Assembly (NCBI GenBank): GCA_016931955.1 | Contig: JAFGDV010000003.1 | Location: forward strand, 1-18,855 | DNA length: 18,855 nucleotides | DNA from: Candidatus Altiarchaeota archaeon | Lineage (GTDB): Archaea > Altiarchaeota > Altiarchaeia > IMC4 > QMZM01 | Reading direction: 5' to 3' | Position numbers and translations under genes: made by a program | Part shown: in pieces, positions 1-5,901 of the stretch | Numbering within the stretch: position 1 is the first letter of the stretch | Layout: every line of letters starts with the position of its first letter | Notes under the pieces: model-generated | Told to the model about the DNA's origin: nothing | The model's input: only the letters and a program-made list of their open reading frames with translations | The model's database searches: none

Positions 1-178
1 GCACGTTCATCCATGCTAGTGTGTCTGGTTGGATGTCTACCATGGTTTTCTCCATCACGTTAACCCAGAGTTGTATTGTGTCGCTGGCGTTTATGGTGTC
101 TGCAGAAGCAAGATTGCTGAGGAATAGCATCAGCAGTGATAACAAAAACCAAACCCTTTTATCCTCTATTATCCTCAT
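1..178 (-). CDS. Secreted pilin-like protein, paralog of 592..1533 (5' part only; runs off the window)
   Basis: Not in ORF track. ATG at 178-176 overlaps the TGA of the wHTH gene (ATGA). Hand translation: MRIIEDKRVWFLLSLLMLFLSNLASA/DTINASDTIQLWVNVMEKTMVDIQPDTLAWMNV, i.e. Sec signal peptide ending ASA, then a segment aligning with NDSESATITVNISHNVMVDITPAAFSWGAI of the 313-aa protein (N-x-S...VN...MVDI-x-P...W). Confidence 0.85.
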   Translation of the reverse strand, partial: MRIIEDKRVWFLLSLLMLFLSNLASADTINASDTIQLWVNVMEKTMVDIQPDTLAWMNV

Positions 179-423
179 TTTTTCGTGAATTTATCCAGTG
201 TAAGAGTCTTCGCTGTTAGCTTCCACACGACCTTTTTCTGCCCGATCGGCGACATGATGGTCTGCTCTTCTATCAGTCCAAGGGATTTGAGCTTGTAGCA
301 GTGTATGTTCACAGTTGACCAGGCAAGCTTTGCTTCCTTCGCTATCTTGTATGTTGAGATGGGTTTTCCCCCTTTGCTGAGCAATTCTATGACTAATTCA
401 TCTATCCTGTCTATGTCAGTCAT
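175..423 (-). CDS. Small winged helix-turn-helix DNA-binding protein (ArsR/FaeA-like fold), probable regulator
   Basis: Pattern ISTYKIAKEAKLAWSTVNIHCYKLKSLGLIEE...GQKKVVWKL is a typical wHTH (HTH, LxxxGLI, wing ending in W). Start placed at ATG 423 (82 aa); ORF track extends to ATG 456 but that stretch lies in a long hairpin. Confidence 0.8.
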   Translation of the reverse strand: MTDIDRIDELVIELLSKGGKPISTYKIAKEAKLAWSTVNIHCYKLKSLGLIEEQTIMSPIGQKKVVWKLTAKTLTLDKFTKK

Positions 424-433
424 TTTGAGCGTG

Positions 434-541
434 GGAGGTTGCCGAAACATTATCATTGGAGTTCAAGGAGATTGTGGCTTGGGGGGTGGTTGGTTTTTAG
501 GTAAACTCCATGATGTTGTTTTTTTCCTTCGGCAAACCTCC
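434..541 (-). other. Extended hairpin (~108 nt) between pilin-gene terminator and wHTH gene; candidate structured leader or ncRNA
   Basis: + strand arms GGAGGTTGCCGAA (434-446) / TTCGGCAAACCTCC (528-541), and TGGAGTT (457-463) / AACTCCA (504-510) with further ATCA/TGAT and ACA/TGT pairs; 40-nt loop. Confidence 0.5.
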
Positions 542-548
542 ATTGTGT

Positions 549-582
549 AAAAAAATCTAAAACAGCGGCCTTTTTAGGCCGC
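549..582 (-). terminator. Hairpin + T-tract terminator after the 313-aa gene
   Basis: GCGGCCT-(4 nt)-AGGCCGC (565-582) 10 nt after the stop, followed on the minus strand by TGTTTTAGATTTTTTT. Confidence 0.7.
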
Positions 583-591
583 ATATTCTTT

Positions 592-1533
592 TTATGCTAC
601 ATCGTTTACTATCGCCGTTATCTTTCCGCTAGAGGAACCCTCATATATCCCGTATGGAACGTATGCCTTGATTCCCATGGCGAAGGAGTCTCCTGGAACC
701 AGCGGCGTTCCTTCCACATTGTAGTCGTATGCGTAGTTCACATTAGCGCATAGATGGAATGGTGAGTCTGCGTTCCATCTGGAGAAGAACACCCTCGTAC
801 AAGTGAAATCTACCGCTACGCAGAGCCCATCTAGAGGCCCATCTGTTATGTCTGCATACGCAAAGCTGTAGTCGGGTAAAGCTGTCAAGCCGAATGATTC
901 CACGTCACCTGTCTGGAAATTTGTCGTCCCAGTCTGCGTTTTGGAGTGGGATGTGTTACCTATATATATATTAGTTCCGCCAGTGGTACAATTGGTGTTG
1001 TTGTTGATCATCCAGAAGTATTCGTCACCTGCTTTGTGGAATCTTCCATAGATGTATTTGTTGTCGTTAGGTGGCATGTTTCCGTCAGGGTCCTTTAGAT
1101 AGACCAATTCCGCTGTTGTGTTGTATTCCACCCTGTTTATGAACCAGTAGTCTGTGGCGGATGTGTTCTTTGACAACACGACGAAGTTCCCTGCATCGAT
1201 GGCAGAGGAGTTTCCCGTTCCGAATGGATTGTTTAGCGGATAGGTTGCGTTGAACCATACGTGGGTTATGTTCGCCGACCCGACGTTCTCTATCTGTATC
1301 CCGAAGTATCCAGATGCTTCATGTGTGCTGTTTGCCTCTGTGCCTGGTGCAATCGCACCCCATGAGAAGGCGGCAGGTGTTATGTCAACCATCACGTTGT
1401 GTGATATGTTGACTGTGATGGTTGCGGATTCGCTGTCGTTGTTTGATAGATTTCCACCCAACTGAGCGCTTGCGGCGCCCATGATAATATACAATAAAAG
1501 CAATAATAGTCCGTATTTTACTCTACCTATCAT
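592..1533 (-). CDS. Secreted, heavily N-glycosylated Ig-like protein; putative major pilin/fibre subunit (TasA/ABP-, Csu/SCPU- or WxL-like donor-strand type)
   Basis: Sec signal ending AASA, no TM anchor; N-terminal alternating strand ATITVNI then VDITPAAFSWGAIAPG, IQIENVGSANITHVW; C-terminal LVPGDSFAMGIKAYVPYGIYEGSSSGKITAIV; 12 N-x-S/T sequons, 4 Cys; strong SD GGGTGATG (1537-1544) and own terminator. CDS certain, function inferred. Confidence 0.6.
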   Translation of the reverse strand: MIGRVKYGLLLLLLYIIMGAASAQLGGNLSNNDSESATITVNISHNVMVDITPAAFSWGAIAPGTEANSTHEASGYFGIQIENVGSANITHVWFNATYPLNNPFGTGNSSAIDAGNFVVLSKNTSATDYWFINRVEYNTTAELVYLKDPDGNMPPNDNKYIYGRFHKAGDEYFWMINNNTNCTTGGTNIYIGNTSHSKTQTGTTNFQTGDVESFGLTALPDYSFAYADITDGPLDGLCVAVDFTCTRVFFSRWNADSPFHLCANVNYAYDYNVEGTPLVPGDSFAMGIKAYVPYGIYEGSSSGKITAIVNDVA

Positions 1534-1593
1534 TCACATCACCCATACTAATTCAGCCAATATAGATCCATCTCAATATATTTACTATAATCT

Positions 1594-1664
1594 TATACAA
1601 ACATACTCCTATAAAAACATATCGAGATGTTCTTATATTTTTATATGCTAAAGATATATAAATA
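1594..1664. promoter_or_regulatory. Divergent promoter region with 28-bp imperfect palindrome (candidate operator) and TATA box
   Basis: TATAAAAACATATCGAGATGTTCTTATA (1610-1637, 12 of 14 pairs), extra half-site TATACAAACAT (1594-1604); AAAGA-TATATAAATA (1650-1664) ~31 nt before ATG 1686. Confidence 0.55.
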
Positions 1665-1685
1665 CTTATCGGTTTTTGGTTTAGA

Positions 1686-2822
1686 ATGAAGCCAAAAAAC
1701 ATCATCCACGAGTTGGCGATAATATATCTGCTAATCAATAGCGTCTCCGCCGTCTCGGTAGGAACAGCCCCCGGCGTCTACGACCTGGGGGAGCTGGACG
1801 CCGGGACAAATGTAGCGTTCAGGTTCTATCTGATGACGAACGCACAGAATGATATGTTAGTTACCTTGAGTTACATTCCAGTCCACCAAGACATGTACTA
1901 TCAAGCAGTGACCTCAGGCTACAGGTTCATTCCAAAGGAGGCGTCCCAGGAGGATATCACTTCATGGGTCGAAATACCCCGGAACCCACTCCTGCTGTCG
2001 CCTGAGAGGGTGCAGGTCGTATACCTACAGGGCGGAGGCGTTGTCAGAGCAAACGAAGAAGCGGACATTGTCTTACACATACCAGAAAACGCTGACCCAG
2101 GATACCACGCCGGTTCGATAAGCCTGAGCCCTCAGGTTGCCTCGGGGGGACGCGGCACCGGAGTAATGACCATCGCAGTGACGAGATTTATCTTCGTTTT
2201 CAGGATCGCGGGGGAGGCTAAGAGGGACGGGGAGATAATGACGATACTGGGGGAACGCCTAGAGGAGAAGAAGGCGAAAATAGACGTCTTATTCAAAAAC
2301 ACGGGAACATGCACACTCAGTGCGAGGGTTACTGAACTAAAACTATATGACAAATTCGGGGAACATGTAGCAACCCTGCAGTCAGGTATAAAGATTGTGC
2401 GCCCGGCCATTATAGAATCACTAACTGCTTACTGGCAGGGGGAGGCAGTGAAGCCTGGGACGTACAGGGTAGAAGCGAAGGTAGACTACATAACAGGCTA
2501 CAAGACCGCAGAGGCTACAGTGGAGATACCTACGACAATAAAGGTAAAGCCGAAGAAGCCGACGATTCCTCTACCCGAGGTCTCGGTTTGCGGCTACCTG
2601 CCATACCTGCTTATGGTGCTCATAATAGCGGCATTACTCATCTACTGGCTTGACTGGCGGCGAAAGGAAACGGCCTTGTTGATAATTGCCGCCTTATTCC
2701 TTATAGCGATAGCTTTCTATGTTCTCACCTGTGTGATATCCCTATCCTTAGGTTTTTCATGGCTTGACATACTCTTGGTAATTATAATAATCGCGCTAAT
2801 AATCTACTGGAGGTTGTCCTAG
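1686..2822 (+). CDS. Membrane-anchored two-Ig-domain protein resembling WxL-interacting protein (DUF916/DUF3324) / pilus chaperone (EcpB/PapD-like)
   Basis: Signal peptide (VSA); domain 1 ...ITSWVEI...VLHIPENADPGYHAGSISL...FIFVFRIAG; domain 2 VLFKNTGT...LYDKFGEHV...VRP...LTAYW...PGTYRVEAKVDY; Pro/Lys linker; three C-terminal TM helices. Motif order matches what I recall of DUF916-DUF3324 proteins. Confidence 0.6.
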   Translation: MKPKNIIHELAIIYLLINSVSAVSVGTAPGVYDLGELDAGTNVAFRFYLMTNAQNDMLVTLSYIPVHQDMYYQAVTSGYRFIPKEASQEDITSWVEIPRNPLLLSPERVQVVYLQGGGVVRANEEADIVLHIPENADPGYHAGSISLSPQVASGGRGTGVMTIAVTRFIFVFRIAGEAKRDGEIMTILGERLEEKKAKIDVLFKNTGTCTLSARVTELKLYDKFGEHVATLQSGIKIVRPAIIESLTAYWQGEAVKPGTYRVEAKVDYITGYKTAEATVEIPTTIKVKPKKPTIPLPEVSVCGYLPYLLMVLIIAALLIYWLDWRRKETALLIIAALFLIAIAFYVLTCVISLSLGFSWLDILLVIIIIALIIYWRLS

Positions 2823-2823
2823 A

Positions 2824-3390
2824 ATGGAAAAGAAGATTATAGTGGTTGCAGGTATTCTTTCTTTTATCTTTCTGGCTATGGTTGGTTTTATGGGTTTCTT
2901 GATAACAGACAACACACCGACGGGTTTCATGCTATCAGGAAAGACAGCAGAACCCGAAGAATATGTTCAGAGGATCACGAGAGAGGGTGATGAGAGCCTT
3001 TTCTTCGATAAGATAATCGATAGAATCCCTGCCAGGGTTAGTGTAGTGCATCCCAGGACTGAGAATAATACAATAAAGGTGGGGGTTTCAGCAGACACTA
3101 ACGAGCTGAATTTCGGCGTAGTTATACAGAACATGTCTGTGAGAAAGTTCCTGAATATAGCCAGCGATGATGCTTCAACGGTTAAGATATGTATTGTCTC
3201 ATATGGCAACATAAGTTCGTTCATAAGAGCGGAGCAAGTCGATTTTATCATGGAAAAAGGCGATTCAACGGAGGTCATGCTTGAATTTAACGGGGATCTT
3301 GTTGGAAATTACACCGGCGAGGTGGATGTGGTAACAAAGAAACCAAAATATGGTTTCCTTGAGTCATTGTTACCGTTCGTTGCATGTTAG
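2824..3390 (+). CDS. N-terminally anchored single Ig-like domain protein, hypothetical
   Basis: N-terminal TM followed by PTGF; domain VGVSADTNELNFGVV...RKFLNI...GNYTGEVDVV; 1 nt after previous stop. Confidence 0.75.
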   Translation: MEKKIIVVAGILSFIFLAMVGFMGFLITDNTPTGFMLSGKTAEPEEYVQRITREGDESLFFDKIIDRIPARVSVVHPRTENNTIKVGVSADTNELNFGVVIQNMSVRKFLNIASDDASTVKICIVSYGNISSFIRAEQVDFIMEKGDSTEVMLEFNGDLVGNYTGEVDVVTKKPKYGFLESLLPFVAC

Positions 3391-3396
3391 TAGAAA

Positions 3397-4230
3397 ATGA
3401 ATAAACGGATTATAGCAGTCGCTTTTTTGTTACTTGTGCCGTCAGCTGTTGCGATAATAGAAGTCCAGGTTTATGTATCGGGTCTTATAGACGGCAGAAT
3501 TCCCCACTCAGAAATCCCAGAAGTTGTGAACGACACACCGCAAAGCTTTCTTGTTGTTTGGGAGAATACCGGTTCAGTGGGCTGCGGTTTTAGATTGAGG
3601 GCTGACATCTACGAGGTCTTGAATGACACAAGAAGGCAGGTCTATACTTCATGGGGTGAGGAAAAGCCTATAGAACCTGGGGGTACAGGCAATCTTGCAG
3701 CATACTGGTATCCTGGCAGGTCAGGAAATTTTACTGTGAGAACGTTCCTGTACTTCTGCAATTCCATAAAGGATGGTCCGGCTGCGAATTTTTCTGTATA
3801 TAGGTCCAATAGGACCGGGTCGAGGATCCCGGCAGAGATAACAACAGAAGCAACTGAGGACTATGTGGAATTCAGGTTTGATCCGAAGGAGGACATCAAC
3901 TCCATTCTAATAGTGCCGAGGGACTACCCGACAGGCTGGGTCTTCGAGTCGAAGAGTTTAGAGAGTATCAAGAAGGGCGAGGAGAACACTGTGAGGTTGG
4001 GATATGAGGCGAGCATATGGAAGGAGAGGAACATCACATTTGACATAGTATCCGCCGATGGTAGATTCTATCAATCGAGCAAGGTTTCGTTGATGAAGAA
4101 GGAAGAGTTCCCGATTTATCAGGCAATCATTATGTTTTTAGTCATAGTAATCTTAATACTCTCTGTACAGCTTCTAAGATACAGAAGAGAGGGTTGCAAG
4201 GGAGATGAAAAAGGAATTCCAGAAAAATAA
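3397..4230 (+). CDS. Secreted/C-terminally anchored two-Ig-domain protein, related to domain 2 of 1686..2822
   Basis: Signal peptide (SAVA), WENTGSVGC...IEPGGTGNLAAYW...GNFTV, YPTGWVF second domain, C-terminal TM plus basic tail. Confidence 0.75.
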   Translation: MNKRIIAVAFLLLVPSAVAIIEVQVYVSGLIDGRIPHSEIPEVVNDTPQSFLVVWENTGSVGCGFRLRADIYEVLNDTRRQVYTSWGEEKPIEPGGTGNLAAYWYPGRSGNFTVRTFLYFCNSIKDGPAANFSVYRSNRTGSRIPAEITTEATEDYVEFRFDPKEDINSILIVPRDYPTGWVFESKSLESIKKGEENTVRLGYEASIWKERNITFDIVSADGRFYQSSKVSLMKKEEFPIYQAIIMFLVIVILILSVQLLRYRREGCKGDEKGIPEK

Positions 4231-5077
4231 GTCGGCGGAAGATCCCACCAAGGCCGTGGCCAGGGAGGTTCTCCGCAGTCCTCATATGAAGGAATTTCCC
4301 CATACCCCGCCTGTGAAGCATTTCAATAGACCCCTGCCTATGGAGGAGGTTCCACAAGACAGGGTGCCTACGGGAATCCCAGGGCTTGATGAGCTCCTAA
4401 GGGGTGGTTTTCCCAAGAAATCCGCCATCCTAGTTACAGGGATACCGGGCTGCGCTAAGACCACTTTTGCTTTGCAGTATATCCTAAATGGTGCAGTAAA
4501 GTACGGCGATCGTGGGGTCTTTATTACGGTGGAGCAGGATGTTGAGCAGCTTCACCGCCAGTTTCAGACATTTGGTTACGACATAATGAAGCTTCAGAGG
4601 GAGGGGAAGCTGGCGGTCTTCTGTCTGGAGGTAAAGCCAGAGTTCGGCGAGGACTTCATGATGAAGATAACCTCCAAGGAATTCAGGGATGCAATTAGTG
4701 AATTCGGGGCAAATCGGCTGGCAATTGATCCACTGAATCTTGTTTTGCAGTTCAGTGCGGATTACGGCGGAGAACGTAGGGGCATACAGCGGTTGATCTC
4801 AACCTATAAGAAACTGGGTTGTACGACTATTTTCACGCATGAGAGGGCGGTGGGGGGGCCGGATCCCATATTCGGTGTACAGGACTTTATCGTTGATGGG
4901 ATAATATATCTGCAGCTTGTGAAGATCCGGGGCGCCATAGGTGAGAGGGAGACCCTTTTTGAGAGAAGGCTTAGCATACTAAAGATGCGTGAGACAGATC
5001 ACGGTCAGGGGATGTACCGCTTTGAGATTGAGAAGGATGGGATCCACCTATATCATGGAGTCTTTCTCAGGACGTAA
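4205..5077 (+). CDS. Single-domain KaiC-like (RAD55/ArlH-related) RecA-superfamily ATPase
   Basis: RVPTGIPGLDELLRGGFP, Walker A GIPGCAKTT, Walker B RLAIDPL, DFIVDGIIYL, arginine finger ILKMRET; Pro-rich N-terminal extension; overlaps previous gene by 26 nt. Confidence 0.9.
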   Translation: MKKEFQKNKSAEDPTKAVAREVLRSPHMKEFPHTPPVKHFNRPLPMEEVPQDRVPTGIPGLDELLRGGFPKKSAILVTGIPGCAKTTFALQYILNGAVKYGDRGVFITVEQDVEQLHRQFQTFGYDIMKLQREGKLAVFCLEVKPEFGEDFMMKITSKEFRDAISEFGANRLAIDPLNLVLQFSADYGGERRGIQRLISTYKKLGCTTIFTHERAVGGPDPIFGVQDFIVDGIIYLQLVKIRGAIGERETLFERRLSILKMRETDHGQGMYRFEIEKDGIHLYHGVFLRT

Positions 5078-5096
5078 AGGCCCTGCATGGTTTTAG

Positions 5097-5130
5097 TATA
5101 AAAACACGCAAATATATTAATATATAAATA
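5097..5130 (+). promoter_or_regulatory. Internal TATA promoter upstream of minD
   Basis: AT-rich 72-nt gap; ATATATAAATA (5120-5130) identical to 1654-1664, 29 nt before ATG 5150; TATAAAAACA at 5097-5106. Confidence 0.5.
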
Positions 5131-5149
5131 TAATATTATACTATTGACC

Positions 5150-5896
5150 ATGTCAATAATAGGTGTGGTTTCTGGCAAGGGAGGGGTTGGTAAAACAACA
5201 TTTTCAATAAACTTGGCTGCGGCGCTGAAGGAATTCGGGCAAGAAAGCGTCATAGTCGACGTAGACCTGAACAACCCCAACATAGCCCTCCATCTTGGGA
5301 TACCAAACATGCACTTAACCCTGCAGGAGGTCCTCTCAGAGGAGGTGAAAGTCCATCATAGTATATTCCACCACCCCGTCGGCTTGAAGGTTATTCCCTC
5401 CTCGCTTTCTATGTCGAATGCCACCGCTGATCTATCCAATCTGAGAAAATATCTCACGCAGTTGGAGGGGATAGTGATCCTTGATTCCCCTCCAGGCTTG
5501 AACGAGAACGTTATCTCTGTTTTGGACGCATCAGATTCAGTCATAGTCGTAACCAACCCTGAGATATCTGCTGTCACCGATGCCTTGAAGGTAATCAAGC
5601 TTGCTAAGGATCTGAGGAAAGACAACATAGGCGTTGTCATAAACAGGGTCAGAAATGATGTCTATGAGTTAAACTCCGATGAAATAGAGCTAATGTGTGA
5701 AACACCCATAGTAAGCAGGATATCAGAGGACTCGAACATAAGGAAGGCATCATTCGAGAACGTTCCCGTTGTTCTAAGAAACCCTTATTCGCTGTCTACG
5801 GTGGATTTCATGTATCTTGCGGCCAGACTGCTCAGGAAGGAGTATGAGCCCCCCAACTTTTTAGCCCTGCGGAGGCTCCTAAGCTTCAGAGGTTAA
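5150..5896 (+). CDS. minD: Archaeal MinD/ParA-family ATPase
   Basis: Deviant Walker A SGKGGVGKTT, DVDLNNPNI, LDSPPG, VVTNPEISAVTDA, GVVINRV; C-terminal amphipathic FLALRRLLSF (membrane-targeting-like). ATG 5150 preferred over TTG 5144. Confidence 0.88.
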   Translation: MSIIGVVSGKGGVGKTTFSINLAAALKEFGQESVIVDVDLNNPNIALHLGIPNMHLTLQEVLSEEVKVHHSIFHHPVGLKVIPSSLSMSNATADLSNLRKYLTQLEGIVILDSPPGLNENVISVLDASDSVIVVTNPEISAVTDALKVIKLAKDLRKDNIGVVINRVRNDVYELNSDEIELMCETPIVSRISEDSNIRKASFENVPVVLRNPYSLSTVDFMYLAARLLRKEYEPPNFLALRRLLSFRG

Positions 5897-5901
5897 ATAT
5901 A

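Noticed and set aside
305-550. 81-aa + strand ORF and other short ORFs opposite real genes (1250, 2132, 2967, 4142, 4282, 5356, 6548, 9150-10364, 11440-13378, 15335-17787)
   Set aside because: Fully overlap well-supported genes in antisense or alternate frames; no recognisable protein features.
1553-1738. 61-aa minus ORF across the divergent promoter
   Set aside because: Ile/Tyr-rich product of AT-rich promoter DNA, overlaps start of 1686 gene.
4205-5077. Circadian clock KaiC or RadA/RadB
   Set aside because: Single domain, no kaiB nearby; lacks RadA N-terminal domain; motifs fit archaeal KaiC-like/RAD55 family.
592-5896. Archaellum / type IV pilus operon (suggested by KaiC-like and MinD genes)
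   Set aside because: No class III signal peptides, no ArlI/PilB ATPase, no ArlJ/PilC membrane platform in the window.
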